From contig OX597836.1 of NCBI GenBank assembly GCA_951406725.2, forward strand, positions 24,986,001 through 25,050,000: 64,000 nt of DNA, in the 5' to 3' direction. Positions 51,003 to 64,000 of the stretch are shown piece by piece. Below the pieces are notes generated by a model. That model did not search any database, was not told where the DNA came from, and saw nothing but the letters and a program-made list of their open reading frames with translations. Origin of the DNA: Octopus vulgaris. Lineage: Eukaryota. Every line of letters begins with the position of its first letter. Position 1 is the first letter of the stretch. The position numbers were made by a program, and so were the translations under genes.

Positions 51003-51984
51003 TAATCACAGATATGATTTTGTTGGGGTTTGTTTGGGAGTTATCGAGTCAGTCTTCTATTAGAACAGACAGACAGAGATGTACATCCAGCATTATGTCT
51101 GAAATATGTGTGTATAGACCTCTATCGGTCTGCCTGTTTCTCTCTCTTTGTCATGTGTGTGTGTGTGTGTGTGTGTCTATGGGGTGACTATACAAATATA
51201 TAGCTAAATATACATAAATACAGCTAAATATACAAGCAAAATCAAGCTACACCCTGAAATAAATCCGTGATGCATCCCATAAAATCTTTTCAAAAATTAC
51301 TCAAATCATTGAAATAATCATCAGAAATGAAAGGCGTCATTGGTTTCATTCACCCTTCCCCCCACCCCACTGTTTCTACCCCACTTTTCTCCACCTACCA
51401 CTCTATCCCTCCTCCCACTCCACCATTTTCTCACTGCCACCCCTCCAATCCCCCCTCCGTCCGCCACCCCCCGTCCGCCATCCCCCCTCCGTCCGCCATC
51501 CCCTGCTGCCCTAAATAAATAATAAATAATGTTAACCGACTCATTTGATATCTTTCTTTCTGTTGTGATTGGTTGTCCCATCATTTCTCTTCACTCCGAT
51601 CATCGTTTATTGATCTTCTATTGGAATATTTATGTGTTTTAGATGGCAACTGGTGAACAATAGCACCATTGGTTACAGGTTTCTCGTCATTCGGTCATTG
51701 CTTGATGACATTTCTGACAGTGACAAGGGAGTGTTTGTTACTAGTTGGGGAACAAATATTGCTAAGGACTTTGAAGAGCACCTACTTTTGATTTTCTGGT
51801 CAGTATTTACATACTTTACCAATATACATCCGAATCCCTCTCACCTGGTATTTTTAGTCAACTCGAGACTATGCTAGAAAACCCTTGCTGGATTTAATTT
51901 GGGAACCATGTGGTTAGGAATTGAACCCTGTTAATCACACAGACATCCCAGTGTCTGGTAGAACAGCAATTACTCTTCACAGTT

Positions 51985-52390
51985 AGTTGACCATCCTTGT
52001 TGCTAATCACTCAACCATCACGAATATTTTTAAGGGTTAGATATCCATCCTTTCTACTACAAACCATTTTATTTTCAAGTGTGTTTTGAGAGGGAACTAC
52101 ATGCCCACCCTTCCTATTACTAATCACTCAACTATCATGAAATATTTTTCAGGGCCTGGATACCCACCCCTTCTGTACTAACCACTTGATTTTCAAGTAT
52201 GTTTTGAGGAGGAGTGGACAGGGATGGAGGTAAGGGGCTGATACCCACCCCTTCTACTGCTAACTACTTAATTACAAAGTATATTTTGAGAGGGCTAGAT
52301 ACCCACCTTGTCTACTGATAACCTCTCCATTGTCAAGTATGTTTTGAGGGTAGGGGACTGGGTACCCACTCTCTTCACTGCTAATCACTC
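51985..52390. repeat. Degenerate tandem repeat, ~60-85-bp unit, ~6-7 copies
   Basis: Recurring GATACCCACCCCTTCTACT(A/G)CTAA(C/T)CACT...TCAAGTATGTTTTGAG. Confidence 0.8.
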
Positions 52391-53001
52391 AGCAACTAAG
52401 AAGAGTACTTAGGTATACTCTGTAGGGTACATATACACACATTAGCATAAGGCACCTTATTAACCCTAAACTGCTGGGATTTACATCACCAATGGTCATA
52501 AAAACATTCATTTTGTCTTCATTATAGCCATGACCAAACATTATAAGTGTGTTGAGGAATATAGGAAGCAGTGAAAAAAATGCAACACATCCAGAAAGCT
52601 ATACTGCACATGCACCTCATGCAATAAACCATGCATATCTGAGTGCACAATTTTGTTCTTAATGTGGTAAATGTTTGGTGCATATGTTGCTTTGACGCTG
52701 TGTCTCATCTCACCTAATGATTTTACTGTTTGTGTGACTCAGTCTAAAAATGCTGTATATTCTGGCATACAATCCGATGTAGTATAAACATGTAGTGTAA
52801 GCATTCTAGCATCGTCACTGTCTTTCCAAATTCTGCTGCATTTCACATGGAATTGTTGGCCCTTATGGTGTGCAAGTCAACCTATCTTTTTTGGTTGTAA
52901 ATTTGGCCTTAAAAAATTTGACTTGTATGCTGGAAATTACAGTACAGAGAGGTGAATTACTCAGGGACCCCATTTGCACGACAGACAGTAAAGGTACTAC
53001 A

Positions 53002-53285
53002 GTTCTGTATTTAAGAGATGAGGAATTATGTACATTATTTACATTTGATGGATATTTGTCCTCATCTTGTTTGTTGTTGGCAATGTTTCGGCTGATATAC
53101 CCTCCAGCTTTCATCAGGTGTCTTGGGGAAATTTTGAACCTGGGTTCTCAACCCTTTGTAACCCTTCGTCCTGTTTTGTCCCTTTATGTGATAATTGATT
53201 TTTGTCAGCCCTTGTGGCCAATAAAAGAATTAATTATTATTATTATTATTCAGGTCACTGCCTGGAATCGAACTTGGAATCAGTG
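53002..53285 (-). mobile_element. SINE family D, interrupted by an ~80-bp LINE-like 3' UTR piece (53150-53232, plus strand)
   Basis: D tail with CTGATGA...GAAAC (53082-53122, minus). The inserted piece matches the reverse complement of 33575-33650. Confidence 0.8.
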
Positions 53286-55475
53286 TTGAGCTCACAATTG
53301 TTCAATTCCTGGACTGGGCTGTGTGTTGTGTTCTTGAGCAAGACACTTTATTTCATGTTGCTCCAGTTCACTCAGCTGCATAAGTGAGTTGCTACATTAC
53401 TAGTGCCAAGTTCTATCGGCTTTTGCCTTTCCCTCAGACAATATCTGTGTCACAGGGATGCTGGTATATATGGGTGACTGTGGGTCTTCCATAAACGACT
53501 TTACCTAGATTTGTGCCTCAGAGGGTAACTTTCTAGGTGCAATCTCATGGTCATTCATTACCGAAGAGGTTCTTTACCTCTTTACCTTCTACTTCAGGCA
53601 ACATAGTTAAGACTATGCATTGCTAAGGAGGTCTAACATAGTTGAAGCATGTCCATTGTTGTCTCCCTTGCAAAAAAGTAAATGAAATTACAATATTAGC
53701 CATATTAATAAGGTTATTTTTTCTTTAATGCATAAGCAAAAACATTTCTTATCAAATTTTTGATGTTTGTTACTGGAAATATGCTAAAACTAATTAACTA
53801 TGTAATAAACATAGGTCTGCTTAATTAGGACTGACTTGTGCCATCACGACAACCACAGAGTAGGAATAGGGGAGCCTGGGGTTCGTGTAGACAGGCAATG
53901 CTTCAAATAAGATGATGTGGTGGTGGTGGTGGTAGTGGTGGTGGTGATAGTGAAGTAATAGTGATGGTGATTATGATGATGAATTAATTTTGTTTAATCC
54001 ACCAAGAAATCCTGGTTTCATTTCACTGGGGATTTTCGCCCCTTCTCATTCTCTTTTAATTTAATGCATTCAGATTTCTTATTGTTGCTCCTCTCTGTCT
54101 GTCTCACTCTCTTCCTGACTGTCTGTTTGTCTGTCTCTTCATCTGTTACTGCCAGAAATCCTCCTGGGACCGCTTGAACTTAAATTGTTGCATTACTAGC
54201 GGAATATGACACCATATTTGTGGAACAATTACAACAATGGTAACTGCCATCACCACCTCCACCACCTCCACCACTACCACCACTGCCATCGCCAGCAACA
54301 CCATCACCACCTTATCACCACAACCACTGTCATTACCATCACCACCACTCCCATGCTGTGCCCCACCACCATTCCACCACCCTTGCTACCACTTCCTTAC
54401 CACTCCACTTATTGCCAGCATCACTACCACCTCCACAGCCATCTCACCACCATATTAACACAACCGCCACCACCATACTTACTATCACTATTCCACCCCC
54501 ACCATCAGCCCCACCTCCTTTTATTACCATCACTATTTCACCATCATACCAAATCCTATGCACCATCAATGCTACTATTACAACAACCATTTCACCACCA
54601 CCACCACTACATCACCCCACTATTCTACCATCACCGCCACCACTGCCATCTCACACTACTCTTCTGTCACTACCCCACCACCATCACCACCATTTTATGT
54701 CACATTTCTAAATATTTGGTAATTCCGTTTTCTCCTATTTTGAATAAATACACAATAAGTTTATTTTTAAAAATCTTCCAAAACCAGTGTAGTAAAATGA
54801 TTTCTTACCTAGGTACAAGACAAGCCAGAAACTTGATATGGGGTGGTGGGCATATTGAGGTGTTAGTTGATTAAAATGAACCCCAGTTCATTTCTGGTAC
54901 TTTAATATCCCTGGAAGGGAAAGGTAACTGTTCACCTTGGCAGGATTTGAACCCTGATAGTAAAGAGCCACAACACATACTGCAAGGTGATTTTGTTTGA
55001 TGCACCAATGGTTTTGCTGTAATAGCAATTTCTTACCTTGGCACCAGAGGGGGAGGGGGATATAAAGGATTAATTAATTTGGTGGAGGGTGCTGTTGCCA
55101 TGTAAAAGACACCCATGCTGGTGCCACAGGAAAAGTAGCTGTGTTGGTGCCATGTATAAAGCACTCGGTACACTATAAAGTTGTTGGCCTTAGGAAGGGC
55201 ATCCAGCCGTAGAAACCATGCCAAAGTAGACATATGGAGCCTGGCACAGGTCTCTGGTTTGCCAGCCCCTATCAAACCATTCAACCCATGCCAGCATGGA
55301 AATGGGATGTTAAATGATGATGATGATGATGAATTAACCATGGTGAGGTTTGAACTTAGAAACATAATTACTGTAACATAGCCATTTGTGTATCATAGGT
55401 TATTGTGGCCAAAGCCGGAGATCTGTACCATGAGACAATGGTTGGGTGTCGAGTAGCAAGGGAGCTGCTACTGCA

Positions 55476-55720
55476 GTGGAGGCGCAATGGCCCAGTGGTT
55501 AGGGCAGTGGACTCGCGGACATAGGGTCGCGGTTTCGATTCCCAGACCGGGCGTTGTGTGTGTTTATTGAGCGAAAACACCTAAAGCTCCACGAGGCTCC
55601 AGCAGGAGATGGTGGCGACCCCTATTGTACTCTTTCGCCCCAACTTTCTCTCACTCTTTCTTCCTGTTTCTTGTCCCCGACTTCCTACGCAACTGCTGAG
55701 CCTGGATGTGCATTCATCCA
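55476..55720 (+). mobile_element. tRNA-derived SINE family E (5' part)
   Basis: TGGCCCAGTGG A-box and GGTTTCGATTCCC B-box; body shared with 48836. Confidence 0.85.
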
Positions 55721-56099
55721 TCTGTCGATGCTCTCCGTGTCGGGGGTTGACCTGCTTTCTATTCTGCGGGTCTTACGAATAGCAAAGGACAACAATTCGG
55801 ACTTCTCCCACTGTGAGCTCTGGGACGAAGACCTCTTCACTCAAGAGCAACAGCTGCATACCTCAAGGCAGTCACATCATCAACGATGCTTAGTACAATC
55901 TTGTTCATCACTTGGTACTTGGCATGGAGGCCCAGAGAAGCAATCTGGTGGGGGGTGGGGGGACAGGACGGTACCAACTGCTTTTCTCACTGTCCACTCA
56001 CAATTGAAAGATCTTAGTTTTGATTCTCAGACTAGGAATTGTGTTCTTGAAAAGAACACTGTCTCACTTTTCTCTGGTCCATTCATTTATAAAACAGCC

Positions 56100-56359
56100 T
56101 GCAAGAGACCAGCATTCTGTCTGCGACGATTTCATCTCAATCGAAGGAGAGGAGCTTTCTCTGTCCGGGTTACGGATCTGTGGAACAAGCTGCCAGACAA
56201 GATGGTGAAGATGCCGACGACCGCTTTGTTCCAAGTCTCCTTTGACCTCAAGTGGCCTGAACTCTTTACATGAACACCACCCTGTACATAACTCCATGTC
56301 CCCCTACATGGCCTTGCTTTTTGCTTTTGAGCCAAAAAATTAACTAACTAACTAACTAA
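56100..56359 (+). mobile_element. CR1-clade LINE 3' fragment
   Basis: RRFHLNRRRGAFSVRVTDLWNKLPDKMVKMPTTALFQVSFD followed by a 3' UTR and a (TAAC)n tail. Confidence 0.8.
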
Positions 56360-57029
56360 GGGGTAATGTTGGTCTACCCTTCTAACCAACGTCGGGTGGC
56401 ATCATTCAAAAGCTATACCAATTCAAGGAAGCAGATGGTGACTAGCAGTGTAATAACTTCATCCTAACATTCTTGGTTGATGCAGTGATAATTTCGCTGT
56501 GATTTCACAAAGCAGAATCAGTTCATGTGTACCAAAGTTCTTGGAAGGAAATGGGGTGGGGTGGGGTTAATAGTCGTGTCATCTCAACTGTTGTTTGGCA
56601 GAGGAATTCTATTGAATGGTTGATTTTCTTTGGTCTAACATATTTTGGTTGTCATTTCATAGTCAGGGCTTTCATTTTATTTCTAACAAAGTTCGACCTT
56701 TTTACCCTAAATACTCACTAGATACCCACCTATTCACCCAGGTACCATTCTAACCACATGACATACTTCGATAAGGATAAAACAAACAAAATATAATCAA
56801 TGTTATTTACTCCACCCAGTTATTTACTACACCCTCCCTATTCCTTCCATATTCCACACCCTTTCTTTTCACTTCCACTCCCCTATCACTCTTACACCAC
56901 CCCTCACACTAGCTCTACCTTCTTCTACTCTCTTCCACCACCTTACTAACTCACTTATCTCAAATCTCTCCTCTCACTGCTCCCCTTCTCACTTTTAATC
57001 TCCATTCAACCAAAGAGTCTCTACACAGT

Positions 57030-57215
57030 CACCCGACTTGCTAGAAAGAACAGCCAAATCTCCTCCAAATCATATATCATTCTCTTAAAAACAGAGGAGG
57101 AGGCACACTAAATAATGTAGTCCTAGATATTCCCATCCCTGCAAAAAAAAAGGACTAAAAAAAAATCAAAAGAGGATGGTCATGTATGTCATGTCTTCAA
57201 TCCTAGGTCTGCTTT
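57030..57215 (+). mobile_element. Interspersed repeat family H (decayed)
   Basis: GACTTGCTAGAAA..CAGCCAAATCTC...ATAATGTAGTCCTAGATA...GGATGGTCATG. Homologues lie at ~4440-4560 (-), 11850-11910, 16110-16165, 35800-36125 and 62720-63090 (-, two tandem copies). Confidence 0.65.
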
Positions 57216-58239
57216 ATTCTCTTCCCCTCCCATACAATTTCTTCCACCACTCTCCTCCCTCCTCTACCCATTTTCACCCCTAATTATGACATCTTACTTT
57301 CTCCCTCACTCCCACACTGTTCTAGTTTTAATCTCCTCCGCTGTCACCACCACCACCACCACCACCATTTGCACTGTCACCCCACTACACCATTACCCAA
57401 CTCCCCACCCTTTCCTACACTATCTCTCACCCAACCGACCCACCCACTAACTTCTACTATTTCAACCACCACCACCACCTCCTCCACCACCACCACATCC
57501 ACCCACCGCCACCCTCTTAGCTGTTCCAGGACTTTGCCTTTTAACACACTTATAATATAGTTTTGTTCTTAATCAACAATAACAAATGTTATTGGTTTAG
57601 TTGTTTATAACTCAGTAAACAAACTCATTAATTACCCCAATTAAGATAATCCTAATAATTGTTTCTAATTTTAGCACAAGGCCAGCAACTTAGAGGGGAG
57701 GGGGCAAATCGATTACATCAACCCTCCAGTGCTTGACTGACATTTTATTTTATTTTACTTTATTTCGATTCCAAAAGGACAAAAGGCTGAGTTGATCTCA
57801 ACAGGATTTGAACTCAGAATGTAAAGAGCTGGAAGGAATGCTGTAAAGCATTTTGCCAGCTCACCGCCTTTAAGAGATAATCCTGATAAAAGATTAAGTG
57901 CCAGAATACATTTTTTGGTGGAAGGAATAGTCAGCGTTGTTCTCAACCAAATGCTTGACTGGTTCTTCCAGAAGAATAAAAAGCAGGATTAGAACCCAGA
58001 ACATCAGACTACAAAGGGTATGGAGAATTAAGCAGATTAAATTCAGTTAAACTGGCACCTAGATCTTCACTGTTGCAATTCATTCTATTGACCCTGAAAA
58101 ATAAATTGCAAAGTCATCTTTCACAGGGCTTGAACTTAGAACCAAGGCTTACATATTTTAAATGAAATTTCATGTAATCAAGCTTTTTTGTTTGTTTGTT
58201 TTTTATATTGATGTGATTCAGCTGAATGTCCTCTGTTAA

Positions 58240-58460
58240 GCTTTTCGTTACTGAATTTATTTTGAGATGCTCAGTGTTTCTTCCAATTATGTTAAATATA
58301 ACAAAGAATTAAGTAAAATAACATCGTTATCATTAAGCTAGAGTTAGGGACATAAATTGTGACTAAGGTTTGGTGGAAGGTTTTAATTCAGAACTTTTGA
58401 AAACCAGACATTTGTACTAAAGAGCCAGAGCTGGTTTCAGCCGGGTTGGTAACGAAAGGG
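58240..58460. mobile_element. piggyBac-like MITE (second family)
   Basis: TTAA flanks (58236-58239, 58461-58464); TIRs GCTTTTCGTTAC / GTAACGAAAGGG. Confidence 0.75.
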
Positions 58461-58584
58461 TTAAACCTCTTTATATTGAAGCATCTGCAGACCTCATTCT
58501 AATATGGCAATCATCATCATCATCACCATCGATCCCAGTATGCAACTGGTACTTAATTTATTGACCCTGAAAGGATGAAAAGCA

Positions 58585-58615
<31 letters not shown>

Positions 58616-58682
58616 GTTTAAGATTTAATTTGAAAATGAGCAACAACCTCAGAAAATTATTGAGGAGGAGAGAGGAAGGAGG

Positions 58683-58717
<35 letters not shown>

Positions 58718-59593
58718 CAGTGGAATATTAACGAACTACATGTTGTCTGAGTCAGGTTGGACCAAGGGAAATGGTTTGAGCATTTCACTGATGATGATTG
58801 TTGTCTGGCTGAAAGTCTAAATGAAGATGATGGTGATGATGATGATGATGATAATAATAGTGACAATGGTGATGATGCTTATGATGATGATTATCATAAT
58901 ATTGACAATGATGATGATGATGATGATGATGATGATGGCAGTAGTAATTATCATGTGGTGGTGGTGGTGGTGGTGGGGATTATGTTGAAAGTGATGATGA
59001 CAAATCATTTCTGCTTAACATTACACAATTAAGATGTTTGTATGCATGCATGTGTGTATGTATGCTTGTATGTATGTATGCATGTGTGTATGTATGTATG
59101 TATGTATGCATGTGTGTATGTATGTATGCATGTGTGTGTGTGTGTATGTATGTATGTATGCATGTATGTATGTATGTGTCTTGTTATTGTTCGCTAACAT
59201 TACATTGTGTTTAGATGTTTTATTCCTGTGTCTCTCTTGTAGAAAGGAAATTGATTTCTGAAAGGAGAATCAAATATGGCAGCCCGATTCTTCAGTGATG
59301 TGTGCGTGTGTATGCACATGTATATTTGCATGTGCATGTGTGTGTTCATACATGCATGTGTATGTACACACATACATACACACACCTACACCCACATATG
59401 CAATCATTTCAATGATTAGCCAAGAGTCATTCACCTAAACACATTCTGACCACCACCTCACAGACCTGATCTTTTCTTCTTCCTGTGTCTTCTACCACTA
59501 CTACCACATCCTCTGCTCCTCTCATCTATCTAACTGTGGCAAAAAAAACTAGAAGAAATGTAGCTTAGCACTTTGTCTGGTCTGCCTGCCACC

Positions 59594-59631
<38 letters not shown>

Positions 59632-60430
59632 CCTTTCTATTGGAGGCACAAGGCCTGAAATATGGAGAGAGGGAACTAATTGATTACATCGGCCCCAGTG
59701 TTTCACTGGTACTTAATTTATCAACCCTGAATGGATAAAAGGCAACGCTAACCTTGGTTGAATTTGAACTCAGAATGTAAAGATGGACGATGTACTGCTA
59801 AGCATTTTGCCCAGCATGCTAACGATTCTGCCAGCTTGCTGCCTTAGTAATGATAATAATAATAATAATTTCAAATTTTGGCACTAGGCCAGCAATTTCG
59901 GGGGGGTAGGGTGGAAGTCGGTTACATCGACCCCAGTATTCAAATGGTACTTGTTTTATTGACCCTGAAAGAGTAAAAAGTAAAGCTGACCTCGACAGAA
60001 TTTGAACCAGCGATTTTCCTGTTGTTAGATTCAACTTTATAATCACCCAGTCCACTCCACCTGGTTGTAAAGTTTAATTAACCATAGAGAACTGCATCAC
60101 ACCTCATCCAACCTCACATACATCCATACATAATGCTGCTTTGAATGCTTTTAAACCTACCAACTACTTCTAAACCAATTTAGGATTTGTTGCAGAAAGT
60201 TCGCCAGAGCAGGAATATGACATTGCAAGTGAGACAAGTCAACCGTTTCAACCTGACATATATTTTTTAAAGATATTTTATTGTATTTTATTTTCTATCT
60301 ACAAAGACAGCAAGATGGCAGAATCATTAACTCACCGGACAAAATACTGCCAAGTGTTTCATCTGTCTTTACATTCTGAGTTCAGATTTTGCCAAAGTTG
60401 ACTTTGCTTTCCGTCCTTTTGAGGCTGATA

Positions 60431-62035
60431 AAAGGCAGTACTCCAGCATGGCCACAGTTAAATGACTAAAAGAATAAAAGAATATATATCTATATACCAC
60501 CCCCACGGTCAGATTGGAGCAATCTCAAGTATAACCAACCGAAATTGCAAAGATAATCTGGAACTCAACTGAGGAAAGAAAACTCCGAATGACCCGTCCT
60601 TGTTTTCATCGTATCGTCTGTCTGGATGTTTTGCGCTTTTGTCCTATTTTTGTATGAGTTGAGGACTGTGGTTTATATAATTGACTAACCTCTTTGCGCG
60701 AACTTTGAGGCCTTGTGCTTGTAGCAGAAAGGATTTTATATCTACCTTACTTTTATCCTTGCACTAAATCATAGGAACCTGCCAATTTCTGTTGAAGGCA
60801 CATGGGGCTTACAGAATTATCAGCAACTATTAATCATACAAACATACACATGCTTACATATATGGGTATGGGTCTGGCTCCTGTAGCCGTCTGCTGGCAA
60901 CTTTTTACTCTCTTATAAGGCTATAATGCTTGATCTTTTTGCTGTTTTTACAGCCACACTGCATTCAATATTTACTTCCTCATCTGTAAAATACCAAACA
61001 CATTCGACGCTTCCAAAGTTTGTTTATAAAATGTTGTTGCATTCCAAAAGCTATCATTTAACTTTAAAACTAACACTAATTCATGTCAGTAGGCTGTTTA
61101 GTTTAATGGTAGAGTACTTGGCTGATATCTGAGGGGTACAGGGTTCATCTCCTGTAACTGTCAACTGGCAGCTTTTTCCCCCGTCTTTTAAGGGTGAAAT
61201 ACCCAGTCTTCCTGCTGTTTCCACAACTATATTCTGTTTGAAATTTACTCTCTTGTCTGTGAAATATTCACATATATATTCCTGCACACACAATGCCTTG
61301 TTTCATGTTATTTCCCCTGTGAAGAATTGCCTTAGTTTTCTCATGGCAATGGCAGTATAGTCTTCACAAGAAAAAACGTCTGGGTGTGTCATTATTCTTG
61401 CAGCTTAAGAACTTCAGTGCCACCATGTCTGAATGAGATTGTGCCAAAGAAGCAGATTTTCTTTCTTTTTTTTTTTATTTACATTCTCTGAATAGAATTA
61501 CAAAAAAAAAGAAAAGGTGGGGGAGGGGGAAGTCTTTTGAAGACAAAAATCTCTTCTTTCTGTTTGCAAGTGTTTAATAATTCTTTGTTTGTGTGGCTGT
61601 ATGCGGCACGTGCCACTCTGAGTAAATACTCGGAGTGGGGCAGTGTCAGTATTTAAGTGGATTACAAAAGGACTTAATATTAGGAGACATTATGACAACA
61701 GAAAAATATTTACTTTATACATACATACATACATTATATATATGTATATATATATATATATAAAGAGACCAAAGTGTATGTATGCTGCTATATTTTTTTA
61801 TATACAAAAAATACAAAAATAGGACAATAACACAAAACATCCAGACAGACGATACATTGAAAACAAGGACGGGTCATTTGGAGTTTTCTTTCCTCAGTTG
61901 AGTTCCAGATTATCTTTGCTATTTCAGCTGGTTATACTTGAGATTGCTCCAATCTGACCGTGGGGGTGGTATATAGATATATATTCTTTTATTCTTTTAG
62001 TCATTTAACTGTGGCCATGCTGGAGTACTGCCTTT
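60431..62035. repeat. 225-bp inverted duplication (60431-60655 vs 61811-62035)
   Basis: The arms are reverse complements with about 9 mismatches by eye and share the same junction between a SINE-B tail and an unrelated repeat. Confidence 0.92.
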
Positions 62036-63360
62036 AGTCGAGAAAATCAACCCCAGGACTTACTCTTTTGTAAGCCTAGTACTTATCCTGTTGGTCTCCC
62101 TTGCCGAACTGCTAAGTTATGGGGGGTGTCAACACACTAACACCTGTTGTCAAGTGGTGGTAGAAGACATACTCTGACACAACTTGCGTGTACACACACA
62201 CACACACACACAAACATACACACAATAGGTTTCTTTCAGTTTTGTCTACCAAATCCATTGACAAAGCTCAGTTGTGAAAAGAGACAGTCAACTTTTTTGA
62301 GTACTTTTAGCGTTCATTAAAGCCTACTTTCGCTTTTGCGAAGATAGACTTTGATGGTTGCCAATAGACAGTTGTGCTGTATAGATTGTGTGGTAGAAGT
62401 GGGGAGAGAGAAAGTGTGTGACTTTGGTCATCAAAGTCAACAAGAAATAAAACTTTGAAAGCTAAAATTCTGAAAGGAAATTAACGAAGCATTTCATATA
62501 AATCACGACACATGACATGACTGTATACTCCCCCACTCATTCGTTCTCTTTCTCTCTCATATATATATGTGTGTGTGTGTGTGTGGTTTTTTATTGGGTG
62601 ATATCACTAACAGCATGGTTGAAAGGAAAGTAAATTTGGTTCAACAGCGTTAGTTTTAAACGTGCTGAGGTAACACAGTTGTCTTATTTTTCAGTTAAAA
62701 AATGTGAGATATGTTGGAGTGGATGTCGGTGTTTAATTTCAGGTCAACCAGTCATGAAGGAGACTGACGAACAAACACCTTCTAACTGTGACCATCTCGT
62801 CTTATAATTCACACGTTGTGTATCTACGACTTATTATTCAATGTTGTGGTCCCTTTTTTTAAATTAAGACGTAGATTTTTGGCTGGTATTTCAAGCAAGT
62901 TGAATGACCATGTAGATCTTTGCTGTAATTTCAGGTCAACCTTGGTTGAATAAACCAGTGATCAAAAGTATTCCAACTATGCCCATCCCGTCTTTTCCTA
63001 TATACAAGGAAACTCTTTTACTGGAATGGTAGGGTATGGTTTGAAGAAACTTTGGCTGTTATTTTTTGCACATCAAGCGATCATATTGACCTCATTGTCT
63101 CAGCAATCTTGTTTAGCTTTTGCAGAACTGTGGTGACCACCCAGCCTTTTTAACATACATAGTATATCAAGAATTACATTATCCAATGTCTTTAAAATTT
63201 TATTCAAAAATATGTCGGGTTGTGATTTGGTTGTTATTTTTAGCTGGTTGAGTGACTTGTTATGGGTTTGCTCGTCGGTTTGGGTTACATAAGGTTTTAT
63301 TGCCGGACGCGTCTTAATCAGAAGACAAGGAACAGTGTAAAGAGATAAGGGTAAAGCCCC

Positions 63361-63460
63361 GAGGTGAGGCCCTGTGATGAAGGTGAGGCCCCGTGGTGAG
63401 GGTGAGGCCCCGTGGTGAGGGTGAGGCCCCGTGGGGAGGGTGAGGTCCCGTGGTGAGGGT
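63361..63460. repeat. GC-rich 19-bp minisatellite, ~5 copies
   Basis: (GGTGAGGCCCCGTGGTGAG)n. Confidence 0.9.
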
Positions 63461-64000
63461 AGGTAATTCAACTGTAACTAATTTCACTTTTTGCTTAACA
63501 TTGAATACCACAAAGTCTGCTCGCCAACCTTTTTAAACTCGTAAGGTTGGTAACCCATTGATGGATATTTCTGATCATAACTGCCCGATGTAATGAGACA
63601 CTGTACCCATAAACAACAGGGTGGACTAGACAGGGTGAGTGATGAGGATGGTAGCAGCATGGTGAATAAAAACTAGGTGGGTCCAGTACCAGTGTGGCAT
63701 AAAAGAGTGATGGGCGGGGAGGATCATAACAAGGCCCGTAGCACCCTGCCTGGAAGCACATTGAATAGGAGAGATCCACCCACCATCCTCAGTCATAGTA
63801 GAATGTCGTTTGGGTGTTGGTTGGTTGGTTGGTTGGTCTGTGATTGTGACTGGTTGAGTTGATGAATGAAAATACGTTTCTTTGGGTGCAGGAAGAAGAA
63901 CCTGAATAACACCTGTGAACCCTTAAGTATTCACATTATTCTGCCCCAAATAATGCTTTCTTTATTGTCATTGTTTTGGATTAATCATGTCATTATCTTG

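Noticed and set aside
51645-51682. TAGCACCATT, a miR-29-like seed in a weak hairpin
   Set aside because: The remainder does not match miR-29, the seed start falls in the loop, and pairing is poor.
63495-63779. Cys/Pro/Tyr-rich 94-aa minus-strand ORF
   Set aside because: No recognisable domain, splice context or other support; left uncalled.

Overview
Eukaryotic, AT-rich, repeat-saturated DNA, most consistent with an octopus (coleoid cephalopod) genome. This is inferred from the (TA)n/(CA)n/(GA)n/(ATC)n microsatellite load, several high-copy tRNA-headed SINE families resembling the octopus OK/OR-type SINEs, and a C2H2 zinc-finger relic. I find no intact protein-coding gene. Almost all ORFs in the track are microsatellite or SINE translations. 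The recognisable coding relics are decayed RTE (x2), CR1 (x2), R4/Dong-like and mariner fragments plus a pseudogenised C2H2-ZNF array. Non-autonomous DNA elements include hAT, piggyBac-like and mariner MITEs and Helitrons. Short candidate exons and a CpG-rich left end suggest, weakly, the 5' part of a long-introned gene. The most notable signal is a set of Penelope-type minimal hammerhead ribozyme motifs in four unrelated short repeats. One of these (my family D, 5 copies) joins a tRNA-derived Pol III head to a hammerhead-bearing tail and shows 5' fold-back inversions, so it is a candidate Penelope-mobilised, ribozyme-carrying SINE. SINE family letters A-H are my own labels, and all alignments were done by eye.
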